In this document: one piece after another, positions 27,979 through 38,054 of the stretch
Layout of the letters: every line of letters starts with the position of its first letter
Position numbering within the stretch: position 1 is the stretch's first letter
Assembly (NCBI GenBank): GCA_016872285.1
Contig: VGZZ01000001.1
Location: forward strand, 101,536 to 165,535
Origin: SAR202 cluster bacterium
GTDB taxonomy: Bacteria; Chloroflexota; Dehalococcoidia; Lucifugimonadales; GCA-2712585
Direction of reading: 5' to 3'
Length of the DNA stretch: 64,000 bases
Notes under the pieces: generated by a model
The model's input: only the letters and a program-made list of their open reading frames with translations
Database searches by the model: none
What the model was told of the DNA's origin: nothing
Made by a program: the position numbers and the translations under genes

Positions 27979-28935
27979 ATGAAACCCCTGAAGAAACCTA
28001 GGCTGCTCCTTACCTTAATTGCCGCCCTCGGACTTCTCACCCTCACCATCGCTTGTGGCAGCGCCAGCGGCGGCGACAACCAGACCCCTACCGCCAATAA
28101 CTCGGCCAACGTATCTAACGTAGCCGGTAGCGTTCCCCAGGGCGGTGCCGGTTCCGTCTCCGAGCTCTCCGCAGCACGCAGCTCTTCTTACGTCGACTCC
28201 ATACCCTACGGAGGCTACGGCAGCCTCCAGGAGGGCATCCACGTCACCGGCGCTGGGACCGTCACCGTCCAGCCCGACTTGGCCATCCTGAACATCGGCG
28301 TCAGCGCCACCGCCGACACCGTGAAGGAGGCTATGAACAAGGCCAACACCTCCCTCAACGCCATGCTGGAAGCCCTCAAGAAGCACGGCATCGAATCCAA
28401 AGATATCCAGACTACCCACTTCAGCGTCTATCCCAAGTATGATAGTTATGAGACCTATAGCTGCCCCAAGGATGGCCAGCCCGCCATTGCCCCTGACCGC
28501 TCCATGCCCTCCGACGCCTGCCACCGCGAGTGGAAGCAGAAGCTCACCGGCTATCAGGTCACAAACCAGCTAACCATCAAGATTCGAGGCGACAAAGAGG
28601 TCGGCCCCGTCATCGACGACATGGTCGCAGCCGGCGGCGACGCCGCCCAAGTCCAGGGTATCCACTTCACCGTCGATGACACCAAGGCCCTGGCCGCCAA
28701 GGCCCGAGAAGCCGCTGTCAAGGCCGCCATGGAGCAGGCCCAGCAGTTCGCCACGCTCACCGGTGTCGGCCTCGGCAAACTCGTCTACATATCCCAGTCC
28801 GGCGGCGAAATTCCCGTCAGTATGGCCTCCAAAGACCTGGCCTTCGCCCCCGGTGCCGAATTCGCTCCCACCCCCATCAAGACCGGCGAGGTGGAGGTCA
28901 CCGTCACCGTCCAGGCCGTCTTCGCCATCGACTAG
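27979..28935 (+). CDS. SIMPL/DUF541-domain secreted protein (possible lipoprotein)
   Basis: Start at the ATG at 27979, 9 nt after GGAGGA. Signal peptide MKPLKKPRLLLTLIAALGLLTLTIAC, followed by a SIMPL-like core. Confidence 0.8.
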   Translation: MKPLKKPRLLLTLIAALGLLTLTIACGSASGGDNQTPTANNSANVSNVAGSVPQGGAGSVSELSAARSSSYVDSIPYGGYGSLQEGIHVTGAGTVTVQPDLAILNIGVSATADTVKEAMNKANTSLNAMLEALKKHGIESKDIQTTHFSVYPKYDSYETYSCPKDGQPAIAPDRSMPSDACHREWKQKLTGYQVTNQLTIKIRGDKEVGPVIDDMVAAGGDAAQVQGIHFTVDDTKALAAKAREAAVKAAMEQAQQFATLTGVGLGKLVYISQSGGEIPVSMASKDLAFAPGAEFAPTPIKTGEVEVTVTVQAVFAID

Positions 28936-28958
28936 CATTCTTCGCTCCTCTCCTCTCT

Positions 28959-28997
28959 AAAGCCCTCCGCTAAACACCCAAGCGGAGGGCTTTTTGT
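28959..28997 (+). terminator. Intrinsic terminator after the SIMPL gene
   Basis: AGCCCTCCGC...GCGGAGGGCT stem followed by TTTTTGTTG. Confidence 0.7.
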
Positions 28998-29054
28998 TGT
29001 CTTCAAGGCTTGTATAAACGACCAGCTTTGCATTTGGCCTTGTGCGCTTCCGGC

Positions 29055-29180
29055 CCTCTCCTCAGGTCCCCCTCTTCTCCTATTGCAAAGGAGAAGAGGG
29101 GGATAGGGGGTGATAAGGTGATCTTAATTTTATCTTCCCCTTCCTGAAAGGAAGGGGTTAAGGGATGGTGGCTCCGAATG
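29055..29180 (+). repeat. Mosaic hairpin repeat R5 (A module + C-like module)
   Basis: Perfect hairpin CCCCCTCTTCTCCtattgcaaaGGAGAAGAGGGGG, followed by ATAGGGGGTGATAAGGTGATC and CTTCCCCTTCCtgaaaGGAAGGGG. Confidence 0.85.
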
Positions 29181-29242
29181 GAGAGTGGTTCGTTATGAAT
29201 GCAGACGGCGCGGCTACAAAAGTTGTCCCAGCCATCCCCGCT

Positions 29243-29251
29243 TGCTACAAT
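29243..29251 (+). promoter_or_regulatory. Candidate extended -10 box upstream of ribD
   Basis: TGcTACAAT, the same 9-mer as at 4002-4010, about 65 nt before the ribD ATG. Confidence 0.3.
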
Positions 29252-29317
29252 CGCCCTTGCCATACCAAAGACGGCTTGATTCCAATCATAGCCTCGCCAA
29301 ATTGTTCAAATAATTCC

Positions 29318-30409
29318 ATGGACTACATGCAGCGCGCCTTCACCCTTGCCCTAGGCGTACAGGGCACCACCAGCCCCAATCCCGCCGTCGGCGCCGTAAT
29401 CGTTAAAGACGGCCGCATCCTCGGCCAAGGCGCTACCCAGCTCCCAGGCCAGGCCCACGCCGAAATCGTCGCCCTCCGACAGGCCGGCGACTCCGCCCGC
29501 GGCGCTACCCTCTACCTCACTCTGGAACCCCACTGCTTCCAAGGGCGCACCCCGCCCTGCACCCGCGCCATCATCGACGCCGGCATCAAGGAAGTCCACA
29601 TCGCCGCCCTGGATCCCAACCCCAGGGTCAACGGTCGAGGCAAGTCGGAACTCGAGGCAGCAGGCATAAAAGTTATCCTAGGCGAGTCCTCCCAGGAAAT
29701 CAGGGAGCTTTACGAGGCCTTCGCCAAACATATACACACCGGCCTACCCTTCGTCATCGCCAAGTTCGCCATGAGCCTGGACGGCAAAACCGCCACCCGC
29801 GCTGGCCACTCCCAGTGGGTCACCGGCCCCGACTCCCGCGCCCTGGTCCATGACCTCCGCCGCGCCTCCGACGCTGTCATGGTTGGCGTCAACACCGTCC
29901 TCCGCGACAACCCCAGACTCACCGCCCGCGGCGCCCAGGGCCAACCATTGTCCCACCAGCCCCTCCGAGTCATCATCGATTCCAACGCCCGCACTCCGAC
30001 CAACGCCCTGCTATTGCGCGAGCCAGGCAAGACCCTGGTCGCAGTCACTGACGCCTCTCCGGTTGCTATAAAAACGCTAGAATCCGCTGGCGCCGGGGTT
30101 ATCAAGCTCCCCCGAGAGGACGGCCTGGTATCCCTCAAACCCCTCCTGCAAGAGCTGGGCCGGCGAAACGTCGTAAGCCTGCTCGTCGAAGGCGGCGGCA
30201 CCCTCCTCGGCTCCCTTGTCGATCAGGCCCTGGTCGACAAAATTCTCGCCTTTATCGCCCCGGTTATCATCGGCGGCAAGGACGCCCTCTCCCCCGTCGA
30301 AGGTCAAGGCATCGACATCATGTCCCATGCCCTGCGGCTAGACCACGTCTCCGTCCAGCAAATCGGTGACGACGTTCTCATCAAAGGCTATCCAAAACCA
30401 AGGAGCTAG
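29318..30409 (+). CDS. ribD: Bifunctional riboflavin biosynthesis deaminase/reductase
   Basis: Deaminase zinc motifs HAEIVAL and PC...PPC, followed by the reductase domain. Start is ATG 29318 (or 29327). The upstream ORF extension was discarded. Confidence 0.9.
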   Translation: MDYMQRAFTLALGVQGTTSPNPAVGAVIVKDGRILGQGATQLPGQAHAEIVALRQAGDSARGATLYLTLEPHCFQGRTPPCTRAIIDAGIKEVHIAALDPNPRVNGRGKSELEAAGIKVILGESSQEIRELYEAFAKHIHTGLPFVIAKFAMSLDGKTATRAGHSQWVTGPDSRALVHDLRRASDAVMVGVNTVLRDNPRLTARGAQGQPLSHQPLRVIIDSNARTPTNALLLREPGKTLVAVTDASPVAIKTLESAGAGVIKLPREDGLVSLKPLLQELGRRNVVSLLVEGGGTLLGSLVDQALVDKILAFIAPVIIGGKDALSPVEGQGIDIMSHALRLDHVSVQQIGDDVLIKGYPKPRS

Positions 30410-30410
30410 C

Positions 30411-30992
30411 GTGTTCACAGGCATTGTCGAAGAAGTCGGCGTCGTCAAGTCTTTCACAGGCTCGCGGTTGACCATAAAAGCTGCCAAAGCCCTGGAAGGC
30501 CTCGCCCTTGGCGACAGCGTCTCCATAAACGGCGCCTGCCTTACCGTCGTAACCCTGGACGCCTCCTCCTTCGGCATCGACGCCGTCCCCGAGACCCTCC
30601 GCCGCACCAACCTTGGCGAACTCGAGCCCGGCTACCCTGTCAACCTGGAACGCGCCCTGGGCGCGGGAGGCCGCCTCGGCGGGCACATCGTCCAGGGCCA
30701 TGTTGACGCTCGCGGCAGGCTCCTCTCCATCAAGCCTGAAGGTGGCGCCCGCATCTTCCGGTTCCGCGCCCCCCAGCGCCTCATGCCCTACATCGTTGAA
30801 AAGGGCTTCATCGCCATTGATGGCATCAGCCTGACCGTCGTTAAGCGATTTGGTGCATCTTTTACCATCTCTGTGATACCATATACGTTTGTAAACACCA
30901 ATTTCCAAAGACGAAAAATCGGAGACTCGGTAAACCTGGAAGTGGATATCCTAGCCAAGTACGTGGAGAGCCTCTTAAGCTCTCGTAAATGA
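30411..30992 (+). CDS. ribE: Riboflavin synthase
   Basis: VFTGIVEEVG N-terminus. The GTG at 30411 lies 5 nt after AAGGAG, and the ribD stop is at 30407-30409. Confidence 0.9.
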   Translation: MFTGIVEEVGVVKSFTGSRLTIKAAKALEGLALGDSVSINGACLTVVTLDASSFGIDAVPETLRRTNLGELEPGYPVNLERALGAGGRLGGHIVQGHVDARGRLLSIKPEGGARIFRFRAPQRLMPYIVEKGFIAIDGISLTVVKRFGASFTISVIPYTFVNTNFQRRKIGDSVNLEVDILAKYVESLLSSRK

Positions 30993-31030
30993 TCTCTTCA
31001 AAATTTATCTCAATGCTAGAAGGATAAGGA

Positions 31031-32236
31031 ATGGCTCTGGCCACCATCGAAGAAGCGCTGCAGGACTTTCAGCAGGGCAAGTTCCTTATCGTCGTTGACG
31101 ACGCCAAACGCGAGAACGAAGGCGATTTAGTCCTCGCCGCCGATAAGGTCACCCCTGAAGCCATCAACTTCATGACCAAACACGCCCGCGGCCTTCTCTG
31201 CGTCCCCATCGCTGGGCAATATCTTGATCGCCTCAACATCCCCATGATGTCCCCCCGCCGCGGTCCTTCCATGCACGGCACCGCCTTCACCATGTCCATC
31301 GACTACACCAAAGGTACTACCACCGGCATCTCCGCCTACGACCGCGCCGCTACCATCAAGGCCGCCCTGGACCCAGCCTCCACCCCGGACGAGTTCGCCC
31401 AGCCCGGCCACACCTTCCCCCTTCGCTATCGAGACGGCGGCGTCCTGGTCCGCGCCGGCCATACCGAGGCTAGCGTGGATCTCGCCGTTCTGGCGGGCTT
31501 CAGCCCGGCCGCCGCTATCTGTGAAATCCTCTCCGAAGACGGCACCATGGCCCTTATGCCGGAGCTGGAAAAATTTTCCCTCGACCACGATATCAAGATC
31601 ATCTCCATCGCCCAGCTCATCGCCTACCGCCGCTCCCAGGAGAAGCTGGTCGAAAAAGTCTGCGACGCCCGGCTTCCCACCAAGTATGGCAACTTCAAAG
31701 TCGTCGGCCACACTAGCCGCTACGACCCCGCCCAGCACGTCGCCCTGGTCATGGGCCGCTGGCAGCCCGATGAACCCGTCCTCGTCCGTGTCCACAGCGA
31801 GTGCCTTACCGGCGACATCTTCGGCAGCACCCGTTGCGACTGCGGCCAGCAGGTGGAACAAGCCCTCAAAGCCATCGCCGCTGAGGGCAAAGGCGTCTTC
31901 CTCTACATGCGGCAGGAGGGACGCGGCATCGGCCTCCACAACAAAATCAAGGCCTACCACCTCCAGGACAACGGCCTAGATACCGTCGAAGCCAACGAAA
32001 AACTCGGCTTTGAGCCTGACCTCCGCACCTACGGCATCGGCGCCCAGATCCTATCCGACCTGGGCGTCCGCAAAATGCGCCTCCTCACCAACAACCCCCA
32101 GAAAATCGTCGGCATCAGCGGCTGGGGCCTCAGTGTCGTTGAGCGAGTCCCCATGGTCGTCAACCGCACCCGCGAAAACGAGCGATACCTAAAGACAAAA
32201 CAAAAGAAAATGGGCCACTTCCTAAACCTCCAGTAG
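31031..32236 (+). CDS. ribBA: Bifunctional DHBP synthase / GTP cyclohydrolase II
   Basis: 401 aa. The RibB half contains ENEGDLV and the RibA half has the zinc motif [15 protein letters not shown]. Confidence 0.95.
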   Translation: MALATIEEALQDFQQGKFLIVVDDAKRENEGDLVLAADKVTPEAINFMTKHARGLLCVPIAGQYLDRLNIPMMSPRRGPSMHGTAFTMSIDYTKGTTTGISAYDRAATIKAALDPASTPDEFAQPGHTFPLRYRDGGVLVRAGHTEASVDLAVLAGFSPAAAICEILSEDGTMALMPELEKFSLDHDIKIISIAQLIAYRRSQEKLVEKVCDARLPTKYGNFKVVGHTSRYDPAQHVALVMGRWQPDEPVLVRVHSECLTGDIFGSTRCDCGQQVEQALKAIAAEGKGVFLYMRQEGRGIGLHNKIKAYHLQDNGLDTVEANEKLGFEPDLRTYGIGAQILSDLGVRKMRLLTNNPQKIVGISGWGLSVVERVPMVVNRTRENERYLKTKQKKMGHFLNLQ

Positions 32237-32340
32237 ACCCTTCCCTTTGTGGTGGATGTTGGGTGTGACAGCACGTCATTTCGACCGCAGCCGAGAAATC
32301 TCAACGCTACGTCCGCCGCCATTACCTCTCATCTCACCAA
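32237..32340 (+). repeat. E-family repeat E2, starting at the first base after the ribBA stop
   Basis: ACCCTTCCCTTTGTGGTGG...GTCATTTCGACCGCAGCCGAGAAATCTCAACGC. Parallels 49876-49975. Confidence 0.75.
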
Positions 32341-32370
32341 CAATGACTATTCTGGCCCCTTTCCTTCCCG

Positions 32371-32565
32371 TCTGGTTCTCCCCCTTCGGCTTGGAAGAGC
32401 TCCGCTGCCTTTAAGCATATATCGCGGAGTCCGATACAATCGGACCGTCCTGAGCCTGGCCGAAGGAGGGGGTTGTGGTATTTCTTTTTACTTTCCCTCT
32501 TCTCCCGTAGTCGGGAGAAGAGGGATCAAGGGTGATAAGGGCGACCCGCTTAAAGTTAAAGCTGG
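32371..32565 (+). repeat. Mosaic hairpin repeat R6 (D module + B module)
   Basis: The D module is roughly 90% identical by eye to 9975-10080. It is followed by CCCTCTTCTCCCgtagtcGGGAGAAGAGGGatcaaGGGTGATAAGGGCG. Confidence 0.85.
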
Positions 32566-32575
32566 TTTTCCCAGG

Positions 32576-33698
32576 CTAGATTGACGCCTGGCCCGCATCC
32601 CCCACGGTGGATAGAAGGTAAGCCTTCAAAAACTCATCCAGCTCCCCATCCAGCACTCCCTCCGCGCCGGAAGTCTCATAACCCGTCCGATGGTCCTTCA
32701 CCAACTTGTACGGGTGCAGCACGTAGCTCCGAATCTGGTTCCCCCATTCCGCAGAAACCCTCTGCCCCTTAAGCTGCGCCATCTCCTTCGCCCGCTCCTC
32801 CATACGAAGCTGCAACAGTTTCGCCCGCAGGATGGTCATCGCGTACTCCCGGTTCTGGTGCTGCGACCGCTCCGTCTGGCACGACACCACAATCCCCGTC
32901 GGTATGTGCGTCAGCCGCACCGCCGACGCCACCTTCTGCACGTTCTGCCCCCCCGGCCCGCTGGAGCGGAAAAAGTCCATCTTCAAGTCCTCAGGCCTGA
33001 TAACTATGTCCGTGTCTTTCCCCTCCTCCGCCATCGGCAGCGCCTCCACGTACGCAAAGGATGTATGCCGTAGGTTGTCGTTATTGAACGGTGACAGCCG
33101 CACCAGCCGGTGAACCCCCTTCTCCGCCTTCAGGTACCCGTAGGCCGACGGCCCCTCCACCTCCACCGTGGCGCTCTTTATCCCAGCCTCTTCGCCGTAC
33201 GACATGTCCAGCACCTGCGTCTTGTACCCCCGGCGCTCCGCCCAGCGAAGGTACATCCGCAGCAGCATGTCGCTCCAGTCCTGCGAGTCCACCCCCCCTG
33301 CCCCGGCCTGTATGGTAATAATCGACGGCCTGCCGTCGTAGGGTCCCGAAAGTGTTACCTCGACCTCTTTGCTGCCGACAGTCCTGACGTACTCCCGCGC
33401 CTCTTTGGAAAGCTGCTGCTCCAACGACTCGTCCCCCTCCGACTCCGCCATCTCCATCAGCTCCAGCAGCGACGCCCCCCGCCTCTCCAACTCCCGCCAG
33501 GTGGACACCGTCTCTTTCAGACGTGTCAGCCGCTTCATACACTCCTGGGCCCGTCGGGGGTCATTCCAGAAGTCCGGCTCCGCGGACTCCTTCTCGATTT
33601 TTCCTATCTCACCCTCTTTGTTAGCGATGTCAAAGACGGCCCACTATCTGTTGTATCTTCTGGGCTGTCTCCTGGATTTGTTGCTTCAACTCTTGCAT
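32576..33698 (-). CDS. prfB: Peptide chain release factor 2 (requires programmed +1 frameshift)
   Basis: A short frame-0 ORF, MQELKQQIQETAQKIQQIVGRL, ends at CTT TGA C (33630-33635). The +1 frame continues DIANKEGEIGKIEKESAEPDFWNDP... into the 320-aa ORF containing SPF and GGQ. Confidence 0.9.
33630..33635 (-). other. prfB programmed +1 frameshift site (CTT TGA)
   Basis: The reverse complement of 33629-33635 reads CTTTGAC, the canonical RF2 autoregulatory slippery site. Confidence 0.85.
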
Positions 33699-33780
33699 CT
33701 ATATTCCTTATTCCTTTATACCAGTAATTGCTATGAAAGTAGGTTAAGCGCGCCATAATTGACTCCCCTCAGGTCTCTTC

Positions 33781-33888
33781 CCCCTTGAGGTCGAATCCTA
33801 TAGCCATATCAACCTGAGATCCCGATGCCAATCGGGAGGGAAGACTAAGATGAGGGGTCGGGGTTCTGGCAGAGGGGTGTCCCCTCAT
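33781..33888 (+). repeat. Hairpin repeat R12 (CCCGATGCCAATCGGG module plus G-rich tail)
   Basis: It shares the CCGATGYNAATCGG hairpin with 10031, 20519, 26455, 27764 and 32430. It ends in GATGAGGGGTCGGGG and the GAGGGGTGTCCCCTC hairpin. Confidence 0.6.
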
Positions 33889-33921
33889 TGATCATATTAT
33901 GTCCTATCTATATTAACGCCT

Positions 33922-34605
33922 CTATATTAATGCCGCCTTCAGTGTACCCGACGCCGCCTTGTGCGCCAGCCGCGTCGGCTCCGGCATCCGATATCCCCGG
34001 CAGCTCTCCATTACCCATTGTATCGATGACTCCAAATCTACCCTATGCCCCGCTGACACAATCATCGGCGACACGCCTGCCCGCGTCCGCAGCGCCACAC
34101 CCACCACCTCACTTCGATGTATTAGCGGACTTGTTGCTCCCACCTCTACGTCCAAATCCCCATACCTCCCGCATAACACCGACTTCGCGCACCCAATAGT
34201 CGGCAAGCTTGTCATAAGCCCCAGGTGACACGCAATCCCTAGCCTCCTAGGGTGCGCGTAACCCTGTCCGTCCACCATCATCAAGTCCGGCTGAACGCTC
34301 AGGGCCTCCAGCGCCTTGGCCAGCACCGGCACCTCCCTAAACGACAGAAATCCCGGCACGTATGCCATCCCCGGCTCCGCCCTCGCCACTCTCACCTCCA
34401 TCACCTCCATGCTCGGGTACGACAGCGCCACCACCGCTCCTAGCGCCATACCCTCATCCCTCACCCCAGATATGTCCACGCCAGCCACGCAGCGCACCTT
34501 CTCCACCACCCCATTTGTAAATAACACCTCCGACGCCAAACGCCTCTGGATAGCTTCCGCCTCCTCCAGCGTCACTGACCAGGGATGTAACTGTTTCAGC
34601 CTCAC
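33922..34605 (-). CDS. nfi: Endonuclease V
   Basis: AGVDIS and DGQGYAHPRRLGIACHLG motifs. Confidence 0.9.
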   Translation of the reverse strand: MRLKQLHPWSVTLEEAEAIQRRLASEVLFTNGVVEKVRCVAGVDISGVRDEGMALGAVVALSYPSMEVMEVRVARAEPGMAYVPGFLSFREVPVLAKALEALSVQPDLMMVDGQGYAHPRRLGIACHLGLMTSLPTIGCAKSVLCGRYGDLDVEVGATSPLIHRSEVVGVALRTRAGVSPMIVSAGHRVDLESSIQWVMESCRGYRMPEPTRLAHKAASGTLKAALI

Positions 34606-34639
34606 CTGCTAATTATATCAAGCTTGGACGGGAGACCAT

Positions 34640-34760
34640 CCGCTTTTCTGAGTGAACTAAAGAAATCTCAGCAATCCATTACTTGCCACGCCCCATTTAT
34701 TACTACTCACCCTGAGCTTGTCTAAGCCTGCCCTGAGCCTGGTCGAAGGGGGCGAGGATA
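34640..34760 (+). repeat. E-family repeat E8 (degenerate)
   Basis: ...TCTGAGTGAACTAAAGAAATCTCAGC...CCATTTATTACTACTCACCCTGAGC. Parallels 63019-63145. Confidence 0.6.
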
Positions 34761-34790
34761 CTTTAGCTCCAGTCCGATCTCTACCCCCAA

Positions 34791-35756
34791 TCAGTACCAC
34801 TTCGCCTTATCCACCACATTCCTCAGCCGCTCACCCTTGAGGAACCTACCCGCGTTGTCCAGAAGCACCTGAAACCTCCGCTCCGGTATGTTCTCCGCAT
34901 CCCTCACAGCTACGTGAGGCGTCATCAGAACATTAGGCAAGCCCCACAGCTTGTGGCTTGATGGCAGCGGCTCCTCTTCAAACACATCCAACCCGCAGCC
35001 CGCAATGTCCCCCCTCTCGATGGCCTCCGCCAGGTCGTCTATCCTGCAGACCTTCCCACGGCCAACGTTGATAAAGTAGGCCGTCCTCTTCATCAACCTA
35101 AAACGCCGCGCGTTAAACAATCCTTCCGTCTCCGGCGTATGGGGCAGCGTGGAAATCACGAAATCGGCCTGAGGCAAAACTTTGTCGAGTTCGTCCGGCG
35201 CATGAAACTCGACATACGACAGCTTGTATTCCCGTCTCGGATCGACGCCGATAATCCTCATCCCCAGTTCTTTGCACAACCTGGCCGTCTCATGCCCAAT
35301 CCCGCCCACGCCGATTATCAGCGCCGTCGCCTCGCCCAGATAAACGTACCGAGTTTTTCGCGCGCCCTCATCCCACACTCGCTTCCTCTGGGCATCCATG
35401 TACCAGGGCAGCCCTCGAGACAAGGCCAGCAAGAACATCAAAATATGGTGTGATATGTGGTCGTTGTAGATGCCGCGTGGGTTCGTGATGGTTACAGGAT
35501 GCTCGATCAGAGCCTTGTAATAGTATCCCGGTGAAGGCCCTGCCGCCGCGCTGTGGAGCCATCGAAGCTTCTTAGCCCCTGCCAGCGCCGCTGGCGGTAC
35601 CCACCCATACGCCGCGTCCGCATCCCTCATCACCTCGATAGCCTCCCGGTCCGTTCCTGGTGAGACGACCTCATATTCCGAAAATGTATCGCTCAAACGC
35701 GCGGCGAACTGCCGCTGCAAATCATTCTGTGGCGGCATAAACACAAACTTGGGCAT
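34791..35756 (-). CDS. D-isomer-specific 2-hydroxyacid dehydrogenase family protein
   Basis: NAD-binding IIGVGGIGHETA motif. Start is the ATG at 35756, preceded by AGGAGG. The upstream ORF extension was discarded. Confidence 0.85.
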   Translation of the reverse strand: MPKFVFMPPQNDLQRQFAARLSDTFSEYEVVSPGTDREAIEVMRDADAAYGWVPPAALAGAKKLRWLHSAAAGPSPGYYYKALIEHPVTITNPRGIYNDHISHHILMFLLALSRGLPWYMDAQRKRVWDEGARKTRYVYLGEATALIIGVGGIGHETARLCKELGMRIIGVDPRREYKLSYVEFHAPDELDKVLPQADFVISTLPHTPETEGLFNARRFRLMKRTAYFINVGRGKVCRIDDLAEAIERGDIAGCGLDVFEEEPLPSSHKLWGLPNVLMTPHVAVRDAENIPERRFQVLLDNAGRFLKGERLRNVVDKAKWY

Positions 35757-35871
35757 GTCTTCCTCCTTTGCTCTCAACCTACTCTTATCGAATACCTCCC
35801 CAAAAGCCTTAGTCCATCGCTGCCCTTGGTGTATAGTACCCATCGATATATGACTGCGAGCCCCCGTCGTC

Positions 35872-36732
35872 TTGGATGATATCACCCTCCTGACCGCCAT
35901 CGCCCTCATCGCCCTGGGCCTCGGCGCGGGCGCCTATGGCTCCCTCATCGGCGCTGGCGGCGGCTTCATCATCGCCCCCCTCCTTATTCTCGCCTTCGGC
36001 ATCGACCATCGACTAGCCGTCGGCAGCGCCCTCGTCACCGTGGCCCTCTCCTCCATTTCCGCCTCCATCACCTTCCTCAGACTGCATTATGTCGACCTGC
36101 GCTCCGCCTGGCTCTTCAGCCTCTCCGCCATCCCCGGCACCATCGTAGGCGTCATCGGCCTTCGATATATCCCCGGCCATATCTTTGAGATTATCTACGG
36201 CTTCCTTCTCCTAGCCCTCTGCGCCTACATCATCTACACTCAGCGCAGCGACGCCTCCAGCAAGCCCCTCCCTCTCCAGCAGTCCAACCTTCTAACCCAC
36301 AACGACTTCTGGCATCATACCCACACCGTCACCACCTCTGACCGCGGGAAGTTCCAATACACCTACAATGAGCCGGCCGCCGTGGGCCTCAACGGCCTCA
36401 TAGGATTCATGTCCGGCTTCCTTGGCAACGGCGGCGGCCCCTTCCGTACTCCTGCCCTGGTCTATCTCTTCCACTTTCCAGTCCTCATCGCCGTGGGCAC
36501 CTCCCTCGTCTCCCAGGTTGTCGGCACAGCCATCGGCAGCGGCGTTCACGTCATCGAAGGCAATGTTGACTATCCCGTGGCACTCCTTACCGGCACAGGC
36601 GTCGTCCTGGGCGCTCAGGCCGGCGTCCGAATCGCCCGCATTATGCAGGCCCAATGGCTCCTGCGATTTCTCGCCCTCGCCATAGCCGCCATCGGCATCC
36701 AGCTCTTGCTGTCTGGTTTCGATGTAATATAA
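35872..36732 (+). CDS. TauE/SafE-family anion exporter
   Basis: 286 aa with about 8 TM helices and Gly-rich repeats (GAGGGFIIAPLL, GNGGGPFRTPAL). Confidence 0.8.
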   Translation: MDDITLLTAIALIALGLGAGAYGSLIGAGGGFIIAPLLILAFGIDHRLAVGSALVTVALSSISASITFLRLHYVDLRSAWLFSLSAIPGTIVGVIGLRYIPGHIFEIIYGFLLLALCAYIIYTQRSDASSKPLPLQQSNLLTHNDFWHHTHTVTTSDRGKFQYTYNEPAAVGLNGLIGFMSGFLGNGGGPFRTPALVYLFHFPVLIAVGTSLVSQVVGTAIGSGVHVIEGNVDYPVALLTGTGVVLGAQAGVRIARIMQAQWLLRFLALAIAAIGIQLLLSGFDVI

Positions 36733-36735
36733 ATC

Positions 36736-37950
36736 ATGGCCCTCACCTTCCGGCTAGACACCGCCTCCACCCCGGGTCCGCCACAAACTAATCATTCAAT
36801 CGGCGGAAGCCGATCCATCGGCTCCCCCCGCGCCGGCCTCCTCTCCACTCCCCACGGCGACGTCCCAACTCCTGCCTTTATGCCCGTCGCCACACAGGGC
36901 ACCGTCAAGACTCTCTCCTCCCACGATGTCCGAGACCTCGGCGCAAACATCCTCCTCAGCAACACCTACCACCTCTACCTACGCCCCGGCATCGACCTCA
37001 TCGAAAGCCTTGGCGGCCTCCACTCCTTCATGGGCTGGGATGGTCCCATCCTAACCGACAGCGGCGGCTACCAGGCCTTCAGCCTTGGCGCCCTCATCAA
37101 GCTCACCGATGAAGGCGTCGCCTTCCGCTCCCACATCGATGGCTCCCGCCACCTCTTCACCCCCGAAAAGACCATCGAGTATCAGCAGCGCCTCGGCGTC
37201 GATATCATGATGTGCCTCGACCAGCTCGTCCCCGCCAACTCCGATGAATCCGCCCTCCGCGACGCCATGGACCGCACCCACCGCTGGGCCGCTCGATGCC
37301 GCCAGGCCTGGAGCAGCCCCAACCAGGCCCTCTTCGGTATCGTCCAGGGCGGCGTCTCCCCCACTCTCCGCGAAGCCTCCGCCCAATTCATCACCGGCCT
37401 GGACTTCCCAGGCTGCGCCGTCGGCGGCCTGGCCGTCGGAGAAAATAAAGCCCAGATGTACGAGACCGTAGCTCTAATGGACAATCTTCTACCCAAAGAC
37501 CGACCCCGTTACCTCATGGGCGTCGGCTCGCCCGAAGACCTGGTGGAATGCGTCGCCCGAGGCATGGACCTCTTCGACTGCGCCCTTCCCACCCGCGTCG
37601 CCCGCAACGGCGCCCTCTTCATCCCCACTGGCCGCGTCGACATCACCTCCGCCCGCTTCCAGTCCATAAACAACCCACTAATGGAGGGTTGCGACTGCTT
37701 TGCCTGCTGCAACTTCCCGGCCGCCTACCTCCACCACCTCTTCAAAGCCAAAGAGATTCTGGGCCTCCGGCTCGCCACCATCCACAATCTGCGCTTCGTC
37801 CTCCGCCTCATGGCCCAAATGCGCTCCCACATCCTCGATGGCACCTTTAACGCCTTCGCCCGCGACTTCCTCGCCCGCTACAAACCCACCAATGAGGCCG
37901 TCCGAATGGCCCAAAAAGTGCGCTGGCTCTCCCGCCGCCATGAGGACTAA
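36736..37950 (+). CDS. tgt: Queuine tRNA-ribosyltransferase
   Basis: LTDSGGYQ, GGLAVGE and the zinc site CDCFACC...H. Confidence 0.9.
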   Translation: MALTFRLDTASTPGPPQTNHSIGGSRSIGSPRAGLLSTPHGDVPTPAFMPVATQGTVKTLSSHDVRDLGANILLSNTYHLYLRPGIDLIESLGGLHSFMGWDGPILTDSGGYQAFSLGALIKLTDEGVAFRSHIDGSRHLFTPEKTIEYQQRLGVDIMMCLDQLVPANSDESALRDAMDRTHRWAARCRQAWSSPNQALFGIVQGGVSPTLREASAQFITGLDFPGCAVGGLAVGENKAQMYETVALMDNLLPKDRPRYLMGVGSPEDLVECVARGMDLFDCALPTRVARNGALFIPTGRVDITSARFQSINNPLMEGCDCFACCNFPAAYLHHLFKAKEILGLRLATIHNLRFVLRLMAQMRSHILDGTFNAFARDFLARYKPTNEAVRMAQKVRWLSRRHED

Positions 37951-38054
37951 AGCGGCTCCCGCCAACGCGCGTAATCAGCCTTCAAGGTCCGCCTAATGGA
38001 TATCGAACAGAATGTGGAATCATGATACGTGTCAATTTCATAGGATTAGGGGCC

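Noticed and set aside
29165-29317. 51-codon N-terminal extension of ribD
   Set aside because: It runs through repeat R5 and the promoter-like region. The conserved deaminase domain starts after the ATG at 29318/29327.
29181-29317. FMN (RFN) riboswitch upstream of ribD
   Set aside because: I looked for the conserved RFN core segments and didn't find them on either strand. A covariance-model scan would be needed to exclude a divergent element.
33781-33810. tRNA-like T-loop sequences (GGTCGAATCC at about 33789; GGTTCGAGTCC at 56362-56372; GATTCGAACC at about 55366)
   Set aside because: The flanking bases do not form a T-stem or an acceptor stem, and two of the three lie inside or directly before coding regions. 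No cloverleaf can be drawn.
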